DNA of 48,822 bases from Kiritimatiellia bacterium. Its GTDB lineage: Bacteria; Verrucomicrobiota; Kiritimatiellia; SLAD01. Below, piece by piece: positions 1 through 8,354 of the stretch (positions are counted from its first letter, which is position 1; each line of letters opens with the position of its first letter). Made by a program: the position numbers and the translations under genes. The stretch covers positions 1 to 48,822 of the forward strand of contig SLRP01000182.1 in the NCBI GenBank assembly GCA_007130845.1, written 5' to 3'. The notes below the pieces were generated by a model. That model worked only from the letters and a program-made list of their open reading frames with translations, was not told where the DNA came from and did not search any database.

Positions 1-1
1 C

Positions 2-454
2 AGGGAACGAAACGTCAAGCGCGTCGAAATAACCCTTCATGTGGGACTTGGGACGTTCCGGCCGGTTATGGTCGATCATGTGGAGGATCACCGGATGGAA
101 TCGGAACGCTATAATATCACTCAGCAGGTGGCCTCGGAAATACAACTCGCGCGGAAGGAAGGCGGCAGAATAGTCGCCGTTGGCAGCACGACCGTAAGAG
201 TGCTTGAGACAGTTGCACTTGAGCATCAGGGAAGGATTGAACCAGACTCCGGACGCACATCACTATTCATTTATCCCGGTTTCGATTTCCACGCTGTCGA
301 TGTCATGTTCACGAACTTTCACCTGCCCCGCTCCAGCCTGTTGATGATGGTATCGGCTTTCGCAGGCCGGGACCTGATACTCAAGGCGTATGATGAAGCG
401 GCGCGTGAAGGTTACCGGTTTTACAGCTATGGCGATTGCATGCTGATTGTCTGA
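2..454 (+). CDS. queA: S-adenosylmethionine:tRNA ribosyltransferase-isomerase QueA, C-terminal part (5' end lies outside the window)
   Basis: Reading frame is open from the window edge. Conserved QueA blocks present: HVGLGTFRPV, VGSTTVRVLE, FHLPRSSLLMMVSAF, YRFYSYGDCMLI. Confidence 0.9.
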   Translation, partial: RERNVKRVEITLHVGLGTFRPVMVDHVEDHRMESERYNITQQVASEIQLARKEGGRIVAVGSTTVRVLETVALEHQGRIEPDSGRTSLFIYPGFDFHAVDVMFTNFHLPRSSLLMMVSAFAGRDLILKAYDEAAREGYRFYSYGDCMLIV

Positions 455-668
455 AACCCTAGTCAGGAGTCTTCAAGGGCTTTGCCATGACTGCGTAAAT
501 AATGATTCATGTCTATGACTGTCTTGTACAGGCCGGCATCGAGCCGGGAAAACGATTGGATGCTGTTGATGATAATTAATATCTGGTAGGATGCACCGGG
601 ACTCAGGAAGATTGTAATTTGAACATCTTGAAAACAGGCAGCTTCCAACAGGCGCAAATGCGATTTTT

Positions 669-1454
669 ATGAAGTACGCAACATGGTTTTCAATCACGTT
701 TATCGCTATTCTGGTTGTTCGTTTGCCATTCATGCACGTGCATTACATTCCGCATTATGTTCCGTTTGAGCCATGGGTAGCGATTATACCTCTCGCCGGA
801 TTGTTATGGGGTATGGCAGGCGCCCTGTCATGTGCAACGGCCGTGCTGGCAGGTGACGCCATGGCGGGTATGTGGGGTTCGATGTCAATCTACAGGGCGC
901 TTGCCTCTTTACTTCTAGCGCTCAACGCAAGGCATTTATCTTCCTGTTTCGGGGGAATATTCATGAAACCTGATATTCAACTGTCATTCGCCGATGCACT
1001 TCGCTTCATACTGATTTCCGTGCCGGGATGTTTCGCGGCAGCGGCGTGCGTAGGTCTTGGCGCAGAATGGCATCGCCTGTATCCCTTTCCGTATGTTGCT
1101 ACGATAACGCTGATGAATCATCTGGTATTTCTTACGGTTTTCGGTGTCGTCCTGATCAAGGTCGTTGTTCCAAGAACGGTGCTGTTTCTCGGAATGCTGC
1201 CTGTGACCGGTCAAGCCGACGGGCCTGGTTCGGGGAATATCATCTTGATTATCGGTGCGGCAGGCTCGTATTTCGGCGGGCTGATGATATCCCGTGCCTA
1301 TGACATGAATGCCTTCACGCCGGTCGTAATTGGAACTTACGGCGGCGGATGGGTTGTGACCGTGGTGGCTCTTTTCATTCTAATTCATATCGCGATCCTG
1401 TTCGGAGCCCTGAGATGGGTATTGCGCTTGCGCGCAAGAGACAACCCTCGCTGA
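669..1454 (+). CDS. multi-pass integral membrane protein of unknown function
   Basis: 261-aa ORF with an ATG start and about 7 hydrophobic Gly/Ala-rich segments. No diagnostic motif recognised. Confidence 0.55.
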   Translation: MKYATWFSITFIAILVVRLPFMHVHYIPHYVPFEPWVAIIPLAGLLWGMAGALSCATAVLAGDAMAGMWGSMSIYRALASLLLALNARHLSSCFGGIFMKPDIQLSFADALRFILISVPGCFAAAACVGLGAEWHRLYPFPYVATITLMNHLVFLTVFGVVLIKVVVPRTVLFLGMLPVTGQADGPGSGNIILIIGAAGSYFGGLMISRAYDMNAFTPVVIGTYGGGWVVTVVALFILIHIAILFGALRWVLRLRARDNPR

Positions 1455-1498
1455 GACTCATAGTTTCTTCCTGATTTAACCACGAAAGCATCTACTTC

Positions 1499-1570
1499 TA
1501 ATAATAAGGGATAACCCTATCTTAATAATAGTGGACACCCTTATCTGATATATTGTGGACATTATACTCC
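1499..1570. repeat. three tandem degenerate 24-nt units in the AT-rich region upstream of the porin gene (candidate regulator binding array)
   Basis: u1 1499-1522 TAATAATAAGGGATAACCCTATCT. u2 1523-1546 TAATAATAGTGGACACCCTTATCT (18/24 identical to u1). u3 1547-1570 GATATATTGTGGACATTATACTCC shares the GTGGACA core with u2. Confidence 0.5.
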
Positions 1571-1671
1571 AATATATAATAATTGCGGATAGTCAGTTGC
1601 GTTACTAACAGTGTTTACAGCTGCCCGTAGCGCGGGAAATTGAAGTACTACAACCTAACAGGAGGGAGACC

Positions 1672-2997
1672 ATGAGACGGAATGAACGATTGATCGGTAG
1701 ATCGCGAATGCGCAATCAATTTGCATTGGCGGCATTGGCGGCAATTTTGTTTTCCGGAGTACACGCGCACGCGGATTCCGAACAATTCGGTTATACCGAA
1801 GAACGCGATCTATTGACGGTGAAGGTAGGAGAAACCGATCATATAAGGGTCTACATGGGACTCAAGACAGTAGGACGCCTGCAGGGATTCGATCAGCGGC
1901 GTGTCTCCATTCCTCAGCGTCCGGGCGAGGATGGCGAGCCGGTACCCCCGTTGACACCCGGCAGTCTGGAGACAGGCGCGCAATATCCTTTTGGAAGCAT
2001 GGACTTCAAGGCGGAGTTTCTGGACGCGAAGATTCTTACTTATTGGGAGTTTTTCATTGCCAGCCGTCCGCATGCCAGCGAGATGCAGGGAAGCCAGGGA
2101 TATATTCTTTTCCGGGGTCTGCCCGGCGGACAGATGGACGGTTTCTTTGATTTTGTTGAAGTCAAGGCCGGTCAGTTCGAGGTCAACTTCGGCGACCATA
2201 TATATCGCCGGTCCAGCAATTCCCGCGTTCAGCAGAATGCCTTGATCGGAAATGCGGTTGTAGATCCCCGAGCAACGGAAACAGGATTTGAATTCAGGAC
2301 ACGCCGCGGTCCGGTGAGGGCATCATTTGGAATTACGGATGGCAGTGAAAGCGAGGATTTCAGCCGCGGCCGCGGCGTTGGCTACAACGCCAAGCTATGG
2401 GGAAACCCTCTGGATAATATGCGGGTTTCTCTCTCCGGATATTATGTCGATCATTCCAGCAACCCGTCAGGGCGTGAAAGCTCGCAAAGCAACATGCACC
2501 GCACTCTGCGTGACGGCGGTCCCTATGGCGGCATTCTTGATGACGGAGGAGCTCCAGGACAGGTTTTCATAGGCGCCGGCCAGAAGCTGGGCGCCGGACA
2601 GTTCGACGTCACAACCAGTTTGGGCGCCCTTGAGCTGTATGCGAACGTCGGCTACGCGGAAGACAGCAATATCAATGGCAGCGCGGAGGGCTCACCAAGA
2701 GAAGCATATTGGTATTACACGGCGGAAGGCGTCTATGACATAACCGACCGGATTTACGGGGCATTGCGCTACAGCGGTGCAATGGCGGATTCCGTTGGCG
2801 GCGAATCTTCTGACGGTTATGTGAACCGGTATCAGGCGGGAATTGGCTATCGCATAACGGATTTCATTCTGGCAAAAGCCGAATACGTCCATCAGGAATA
2901 CAGGAGTTTTGATGACGGCCAGCGGGTAAGCGGCGTGGATGCAGGGAAGAATCCATCATTCGACGGATTCCTGATAGAGGTTTCCCTGGCGTTTTGA
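1672..2997 (+). CDS. putative outer-membrane beta-barrel porin-like protein
   Basis: Strong SD (AGGAGGG) 6 nt upstream of the ATG. Signal-peptide-like N-terminus (ALAALAAILFSGVHAHA). Alternating beta-strand-like pattern rich in G/Y/D/N. C-terminal EVSLAF ends in Phe, as is typical of OMPs. Confidence 0.6.
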   Translation: MRRNERLIGRSRMRNQFALAALAAILFSGVHAHADSEQFGYTEERDLLTVKVGETDHIRVYMGLKTVGRLQGFDQRRVSIPQRPGEDGEPVPPLTPGSLETGAQYPFGSMDFKAEFLDAKILTYWEFFIASRPHASEMQGSQGYILFRGLPGGQMDGFFDFVEVKAGQFEVNFGDHIYRRSSNSRVQQNALIGNAVVDPRATETGFEFRTRRGPVRASFGITDGSESEDFSRGRGVGYNAKLWGNPLDNMRVSLSGYYVDHSSNPSGRESSQSNMHRTLRDGGPYGGILDDGGAPGQVFIGAGQKLGAGQFDVTTSLGALELYANVGYAEDSNINGSAEGSPREAYWYYTAEGVYDITDRIYGALRYSGAMADSVGGESSDGYVNRYQAGIGYRITDFILAKAEYVHQEYRSFDDGQRVSGVDAGKNPSFDGFLIEVSLAF

Positions 2998-3012
2998 ATA
3001 CGTTGTGGATCA

Positions 3013-3044
3013 TGGATCGGCGCGGATACTACCGCGCCGATCCA
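3013..3044 (+). terminator. 13-bp perfect GC-rich stem-loop between the porin and the first YceI-like gene (terminator/attenuator-like, no U tract)
   Basis: TGGATCGGCGCGG (3013-3025), loop ATACTA, CCGCGCCGATCCA (3032-3044). The arms are perfectly complementary. Confidence 0.4.
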
Positions 3045-3084
3045 GCGAATCAAATCCTGCTGATGATAAAGTTAAGAGAGAGTT

Positions 3085-3702
3085 ATGAACACATTCAAGA
3101 CACCAATGATGCGCGTTATCGTTGTTACGGCATGCCTCTCAAGCATGCTGACAGCAATTGCGGAAGCGGGCACCCGCTACGTAAATTCTCCCGAAGATTC
3201 CTTTGTCAGGGTTGAGGGGGATTCAACCCTGCACGGATGGGACGCTGAAAGTGACTCGTTCACAATTTCAGTGGATCCCGTGCATCCCTTTAAAGGACAT
3301 GACCTGGCACCCGGCGATCGTTGGGAAGGATCCATGGAGTTTGAACTCCATGCGGATACATTGACCAGCGGCAGAAGAGGATTGGACAGACAAATGCATG
3401 CGTCACTCTTGGCGGATGAACATCCTGTGATCGATTTTACACTGTTGAGTGCCGAAATACAGGAAACAAAAGATGACGCAATGGTGCTAATGATAGAGGG
3501 TGATATGACCTGCGCAGGGGTTACGCGCACTAAGCAAATTGACGTTACGATTTCCCTGGAAGAGGATGCTCTGATCATGTCCGGGCGTAAGGAAATGAAA
3601 ATGTCGGACTTTGACATAGATCCGCCCAGGGCCATGCTCGGCGCAATCCGGGCTGCGGATGAAATTGAAGTGTCATTTCATTTTGTTCTGAAACCTGAGT
3701 AA
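3085..3702 (+). CDS. YceI-like periplasmic (polyisoprenoid-binding-like) protein
   Basis: Signal peptide present. Layout resembles YceI: EGDSTLHGW, GLDRQMHASLLADEHPVIDF, GDMTCAGVTRTKQIDV, MSDFDIDPP. Confidence 0.65.
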   Translation: MNTFKTPMMRVIVVTACLSSMLTAIAEAGTRYVNSPEDSFVRVEGDSTLHGWDAESDSFTISVDPVHPFKGHDLAPGDRWEGSMEFELHADTLTSGRRGLDRQMHASLLADEHPVIDFTLLSAEIQETKDDAMVLMIEGDMTCAGVTRTKQIDVTISLEEDALIMSGRKEMKMSDFDIDPPRAMLGAIRAADEIEVSFHFVLKPE

Positions 3703-3712
3703 GGAAGCCATC

Positions 3713-4420
3713 ATGATCTTTGGGTCAGGATTGTTACCGCAATGCGTTTGCAGCAGTACGCATAAATGGTTCACAGTGCTTGCCCTACTATTCTTTGCAG
3801 GCACAATGCCGGCGGCTGAACCTCCAATTAGGCTTGACGGGGGAATCGTTGAGCTTGAAGGCGACGCAACTCTGCATGGCTGGCATTGTGAAAGCGCGGG
3901 CGCTTACGTGCGCATAGATCCAGGTTTTGAACTTGAGCCGGTCTATGCCTATCTTCGCGAATTGCTGCAGTCTCCGCCTGATGATCTGGAAGAAATACTC
4001 GAGAAGATAAGACGGTTCCAGGCACAGGGAGTCAGTGTGGAGATACGCACTCCCGTAGCATCGCTTGACTGCGGGAGTCGCGGGCTGGAACGCGATCTCG
4101 CAAGAGCTGTAAGAGCGGAAAAACATCCCGTAATCCACTTCGAATTTCTGCACCTCGAAGATATGTCTATCCGGAATAACCCCGCCGTTCATGTGCTTAC
4201 ACTTCATACCAAAGGTGGGCTGACACTTGCGGGAAACCATAGGCGGATTGACATGGACGTAAACATGTCGCTGCTGGATGATGGCAGCATCCATATGAGC
4301 ATGGAACGGGATTTGTTGATGACCGACTATGGCGTCAAACCTCCGACGGCCCTCTTCGGATTGATACGGGCACGTGATCGATTCAGTTTCGCTTATGAAT
4401 GGACGGTTAAACCCGAATGA
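3713..4420 (+). CDS. YceI-like protein, tandem paralog of the preceding gene
   Basis: SD AAGGAAG upstream. Shares EGDATLHGW, GLERDLARAVRAEKHPVIHF, GGLTLAGNHRRIDMDV, MTDYGVKPP and the C-terminal VKPE with 3085-3702. Confidence 0.65.
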   Translation: MIFGSGLLPQCVCSSTHKWFTVLALLFFAGTMPAAEPPIRLDGGIVELEGDATLHGWHCESAGAYVRIDPGFELEPVYAYLRELLQSPPDDLEEILEKIRRFQAQGVSVEIRTPVASLDCGSRGLERDLARAVRAEKHPVIHFEFLHLEDMSIRNNPAVHVLTLHTKGGLTLAGNHRRIDMDVNMSLLDDGSIHMSMERDLLMTDYGVKPPTALFGLIRARDRFSFAYEWTVKPE

Positions 4421-4463
4421 CGGGGAGATCTTGATGTATTCAATGCGGAATTGCCGTTACGGG

Positions 4464-4928
4464 TTAAATCCCGGCCCCTTCGGAAATGCCGCCGGCGGTT
4501 TCAGCTGAATCGGCGCTGCATTGTCTGCTGAATGCTGCCATGTCGCTCAGGGTCCATCGGGAAAGCTCGCATTCAATTTCCGGAGCGGTTTTTTCCCAGA
4601 ACGGATGTGTTGGACAGCTTGAAAGGCTTGCACAAAAAACCTTTCCAAGAAGACAGGATCCCACGACATCTTCACCATCGATGGCCTTTCCTATGTCCAA
4701 TACCGTTATGTCTGCCGGTGACCGCCTCAGTTGTACGCCGCCCTTGTAACCTCGTTTGGAGTTGACTATTTCCGCCACTGCCAGACGCCGCGTTATTTTT
4801 GCAAGATAGGGAGCGGGAACCCCTGCATTAAGGGAAATATCCTTAATTAGCATCGGTTCGCCATTGTTTTCCGCAAGACAAACCAAAGCCTTGATGGCAT
4901 ATCCGGTAGTTGTTGAAAGTGAAAGCAT
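4464..4928 (-). CDS. Rrf2 family transcriptional regulator (IscR/NsrR-like) with three clustered Cys
   Basis: Starts MLSLSTTTGYAIKALVCLA, the typical Rrf2 wHTH N-terminus. CLLGKVFCASLSSC gives a CX6CX5C putative Fe-S ligand set. I prefer the ATG at 4928 over the ORF-track start at 4976. Confidence 0.8.
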   Translation of the reverse strand: MLSLSTTTGYAIKALVCLAENNGEPMLIKDISLNAGVPAPYLAKITRRLAVAEIVNSKRGYKGGVQLRRSPADITVLDIGKAIDGEDVVGSCLLGKVFCASLSSCPTHPFWEKTAPEIECELSRWTLSDMAAFSRQCSADSAETAGGISEGAGI

Positions 4929-5064
4929 GTTACATGACCTGAATCTAATTTGAGTATAGTGTACACCCTGATCCATATTCTTGCAGATCAGGGTGTGCTC
5001 TATTTACGGGATAAGGCGATCCCTTATATGGTCCCTTGTTGCAGCTGATTCAATTGGACAGCCA

Positions 5065-5877
5065 TCACCGCAACCTGCGCCACGGCACAACAGCCCTTTC
5101 CCCGTCGAATTCAACAGCCTCTGCCTGAATCCCGTAAGCGCTCCCCAGATTCTCGGGCTTGAGCACCTCTTCCGGAGAACCGCATGAGATGATACGACCG
5201 TTGTCCAGCAGTAGCAGGCGGTCGAAAAACCGGGATGCCAGCGCGAGATCGTGAAGGACGACAACGATTGTCATTCCGTTGGATCTTACATGTTCACGAA
5301 ACAATTCCATCAATTGAAGTTGATGATATGGGTCAAGCCCGCTCGATGGCTCGTCCGCAAGGAGCAGTACTGGATCGCTAGCCAGCGCGCGGGCCAGAAG
5401 CACACGCACCCGTTCACCTGCGGAAAGCTCTGTTACCGGACGGCCTTTAAGTCCTGCGACATCAACCGACTCCATGGCCCTGTCCACAGATTCAATATCC
5501 CCGGCTGCCGGCCCCCCCCAGGCAGTAAGGTAGGGAAGGCGACCAAGCATCACTACGCGCTCCACACTCATCGGCCACAAGCATTCAGCGTTCTGCGGCA
5601 GATAGGATATTTTCCTGGCAAGCATTTGCGGTGTATACGTTTCGATCCTGTTTCCCTGGAAAAAAATGTTACCGGAATCCCGCGGCAGAAGCCCCAGCAT
5701 TCCCCTGAAACAGGTTGATTTTCCGGATCCGTTTGATCCTATAATTCCGAACAGCTCTCCTTTCACAAAGGCCGCGTCGATCGCGTCAAGCACCTTGCGT
5801 TCCCCAAGGGTTATCCCCATCCCCCGGACCTCGAAAAGATTTTCTCCGGGATGACTGTCCTGTTGATTTATCTTCAT
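5065..5877 (-). CDS. btuD: ABC transporter ATP-binding protein, iron-siderophore/cobalamin (FecE/BtuD) type
   Basis: Walker A GSNGSGKST, signature LSAGERVRV, Walker B LLLADEPSSGLD. Last gene of an operon preceded by a cobalamin riboswitch, so the symbol is inferred from context. Confidence 0.75.
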   Translation of the reverse strand: MKINQQDSHPGENLFEVRGMGITLGERKVLDAIDAAFVKGELFGIIGSNGSGKSTCFRGMLGLLPRDSGNIFFQGNRIETYTPQMLARKISYLPQNAECLWPMSVERVVMLGRLPYLTAWGGPAAGDIESVDRAMESVDVAGLKGRPVTELSAGERVRVLLARALASDPVLLLADEPSSGLDPYHQLQLMELFREHVRSNGMTIVVVLHDLALASRFFDRLLLLDNGRIISCGSPEEVLKPENLGSAYGIQAEAVEFDGERAVVPWRRLR

Positions 5878-5896
5878 AAGCCTGTCAGTAGCCGGA

Positions 5897-6913
5897 TCAT
5901 TGATACAGCCTCCTCATTCTGAATATCAGCCAGAAAAAGAAAGGCGCTCCGAGCAGGGCGGTCAATACCCCCACCTTGAGTTCCTGTTCCACGGGTAACA
6001 GGCGGACAAGTATGTCCGCCCATAGCAAGAGAAGCGCGCCCCCCAGCGCTGACGCAACCAGCAGTCGGGCGGGATCGTGTTTTACCAGCGGGCGAAGAAG
6101 GTGCGGTACGACAAGGCCGACGAATCCAATGGATCCGGCTACAGCCGTTGCGGGGCCTACCATCATGGCGCATCCCAGTATCAGGCTCCACCTGAGCCGT
6201 GCCATTGAAATGCCGAGGCTTGCGGCGGTGTCTTCACCCAGGGTAAGAGCCTGCAACCCGCGGCCACAGGTAAGAACAAGAACAAAACCCATTGCCATGA
6301 AGGGTGTTGCGAATCCGATGTGTGTCCAGCTTCTATCGGCCACGGAGCCCAGGAGCCAGAATATGATTTCCCGGGCCGCATAGGCGCTGGGTGAGAAATT
6401 CAGCACAAGAGAAGTCAAGGCTCCGGCCAGCGCTGAAACGGCCACTCCGGCCAGAATGAGTGTTTGTATGCTCCTTACCCGCGCGGCCAGCCATGCGATG
6501 ACAAATGTTGCCAGAGCGGCGCCGGCAAGCCCGCCCGCGGGAATGCCTATCCCAAACCCGGATCCCTCCATGAAGCCCGTGTAAAGCACCAGAACCGCTC
6601 CAAGAGCCGCGCCGGAATTGATGCCCAGAAGTCCGGAATCGGCAAGCGGATTGCGTGTATACCCCTGCAGGGCTGCTCCCGATAATCCCAGACAGCTTCC
6701 CACCAGCAAGGCCAGTAATGTCCGCGGCATTCTGAGTTCCCGCACGGCTATGCCCATGGGTTCATCCAATATCCATATCCACCGGAAGACATCGGCGGGG
6801 GAAAGAAATACGGTTCCCACGCACAGGGATATAAGCGCGGTGACAACAACTGCAATGGAAAGAACCAGGGGGGTTGCAAACCTTTCGAGGCCGTCCCTGT
6901 AGGCACCAGTCAT
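5897..6913 (-). CDS. btuC: FecCD-family ABC permease (BtuC-like)
   Basis: 338 aa, about 9-10 TM segments, FecCD hallmark GSIGFVGLVVPHLLR. 4-nt overlap with the upstream binding-protein gene. Confidence 0.8.
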   Translation of the reverse strand: MTGAYRDGLERFATPLVLSIAVVVTALISLCVGTVFLSPADVFRWIWILDEPMGIAVRELRMPRTLLALLVGSCLGLSGAALQGYTRNPLADSGLLGINSGAALGAVLVLYTGFMEGSGFGIGIPAGGLAGAALATFVIAWLAARVRSIQTLILAGVAVSALAGALTSLVLNFSPSAYAAREIIFWLLGSVADRSWTHIGFATPFMAMGFVLVLTCGRGLQALTLGEDTAASLGISMARLRWSLILGCAMMVGPATAVAGSIGFVGLVVPHLLRPLVKHDPARLLVASALGGALLLLWADILVRLLPVEQELKVGVLTALLGAPFFFWLIFRMRRLYQ

Positions 6914-7833
6914 GGCTTCTTCTCCCGTGGTTCCGACAGGATTTCATCTGTCTTATTCCAAAGATGCTCTGCCGTGCGGGCGGTAAGATTGTTTCCGGTC
7001 AGCGTCCAACCAAGCGGGATGTCCACAATATGCATTCTCCCGGACAAACGCCTCAAGGCCCGGTGACGAAGCTCCATGGATCCAAGTGTGGGATGATCAT
7101 CATAATAGGATAGAATTACAAGAAAGTCAGGAGGCGACAAAAGCAGTTTTTCGAGCGGCAATCCCGCTTCCCCCTGTATATTGAACGAAGCCGCATGATT
7201 CTCCAAACCGGCCGCCTCCAGTATGTGATGGGCCAGTGTCCCATCGCCCAGAGTATACCCGCCTTCTCCATATATCAGGGCGGTGGGCCGGGTTCCACGT
7301 CGCTCCGTTTCTGATTCAAGGCGGCTGATCCGCTCATCCATATCCGCGATCAGGGATTCGCCGAGCTCTTCGAGTCCGAGTTTCCCTGCAACCTTCCTGA
7401 CAAGTCTTCGGCAGTCATCCAGGTTGCGGGACACCGGCAGAAGCACAACTTCTATGCCGCTTCTAATGAGTAATTCGATGGTGGCTGGATTCGTGTATTC
7501 ACCCGCAAACACGATATCCGGCTCCAAGAGCAGTATCTCCTCGGTAGCCCCGGACGTGGATGTAAACTCATTCGCTCGATGGGCAAGCCGCGAGAGCTCA
7601 GGGTCGGAGGCCAGTTGCGACAATGCGAGTATATGCCCGGGGTCGGCCAGTTGCAGAAGAAGTTCATCGGCATCCAGGTTAATTGAAACTATGCGTTGGT
7701 ATGGCGCATCATCCGCATGAATGGCTGATTGCGCGCCAAGAAACACCAGCACGGCAATCCTCTTGATAAGCGATGTATGGCGCACCGCTTTGAAAATATC
7801 ATTGCAGTAAAACATTGAAGAAAGCTGGCGCAT
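6910..7833 (-). CDS. btuF: periplasmic substrate-binding protein of the class III (BtuF/FhuD-like) ABC type
   Basis: Signal peptide. RIVSINLDADELLLQL and IVFAGEY blocks are typical of this PBP family. First gene downstream of the minus-strand cobalamin riboswitch. Confidence 0.7.
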   Translation of the reverse strand: MRQLSSMFYCNDIFKAVRHTSLIKRIAVLVFLGAQSAIHADDAPYQRIVSINLDADELLLQLADPGHILALSQLASDPELSRLAHRANEFTSTSGATEEILLLEPDIVFAGEYTNPATIELLIRSGIEVVLLPVSRNLDDCRRLVRKVAGKLGLEELGESLIADMDERISRLESETERRGTRPTALIYGEGGYTLGDGTLAHHILEAAGLENHAASFNIQGEAGLPLEKLLLSPPDFLVILSYYDDHPTLGSMELRHRALRRLSGRMHIVDIPLGWTLTGNNLTARTAEHLWNKTDEILSEPREKKP

Positions 7834-7879
7834 GATATCCCGAATATATGTCTCTTACGGCGTTTCGTGACTGATTAAA

Positions 7880-8055
7880 GACGGAAAAATCCGTTCGGGA
7901 TGAGTGGGTGGACAGGAAGTCCTGCGCTTCCCCTCAAACCGCGAAGGAGAGATCACGTCCAAATGGATCCGCGTACGTTTTCTGGCTAACGGCCTGCGGC
8001 CGATTACAGTTGCGCGACAGCGCCCGATTCGCACGGGTCTTGCCGTACAGGCACA
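7880..8055 (-). promoter_or_regulatory. cobalamin riboswitch (compact type) in the leader of the btuFCD-like operon
   Basis: Minus strand reads GTACGGCAAGACCCGTGCGAATCGGGCGCTGTCGCGCAACTGTAATCGGCCGCAGGCCGTTAGCCAGAAAACGTACG. It has the CC.GTG.GAA.C.GG element, the GC..ACTGTAA junction, and a B12-box-like AGCCAGAAAAC. The closing helix is GTACG/CGTAC. Confidence 0.8.
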
Positions 8056-8071
8056 GATCCAATATAGCGGT

Positions 8072-8100
8072 ATCCTGATCACTACCCCTGCTGGTGTCAA
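8072..8100 (-). promoter_or_regulatory. candidate promoter of the minus-strand riboswitch unit (TTGACA-N10-TAGTGATCAGGAT)
   Basis: Minus strand has TTGACA at 8100-8095. After a 17-nt spacer there is a weak -10 CAGGAT (8077-8072) overlapping TAGTGATCA (8084-8076). Confidence 0.4.
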
Positions 8101-8308
8101 GAAGCCATTTGCAAACCGTATGCGGCTCCAACCAAACGTCCGGGCCGCGGACTTGATTCCCTTCCTTTTCCTGCGCGATCATCCGCCGACTTGACATGCG
8201 GAGTTCCATCTTCGCTTGATCTTTTTCCAACGCTTCTCACTAATCACACCCACCCCAAGATCAGTCGGGACACGACCCGCCCGCCCTTTCCCGGCCACAA
8301 AAACCTCA

Positions 8309-8337
8309 TTGACATTCATAGTGATAGTGATCACTAT
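8309..8337 (+). promoter_or_regulatory. candidate promoter of the plus-strand riboswitch unit with a perfect 14-nt palindrome ATAGTGATCACTAT
   Basis: TTGACA 8309-8314, 17-nt spacer, weak -10 CACTAT 8332-8337. The palindrome at 8324-8337 overlaps the -10. Confidence 0.4.
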
Positions 8338-8354
8338 TCACACGATTCGACCTG

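Noticed and set aside
455-668. Possible preQ1 riboswitch between queA and the membrane protein
   Set aside because: I found no preQ1-I/II/III core (for example a short hairpin followed by an A-rich CTA tail).
8250-8262. CCACCCCAAGATC here matches CCACCCCAATATC at 38564-38576 (12/13), suggesting a shared promoter element
   Set aside because: By rough estimate, 12/13 matches between two sites are expected on the order of a thousand times in a 49-kb window counting both strands. Not significant.
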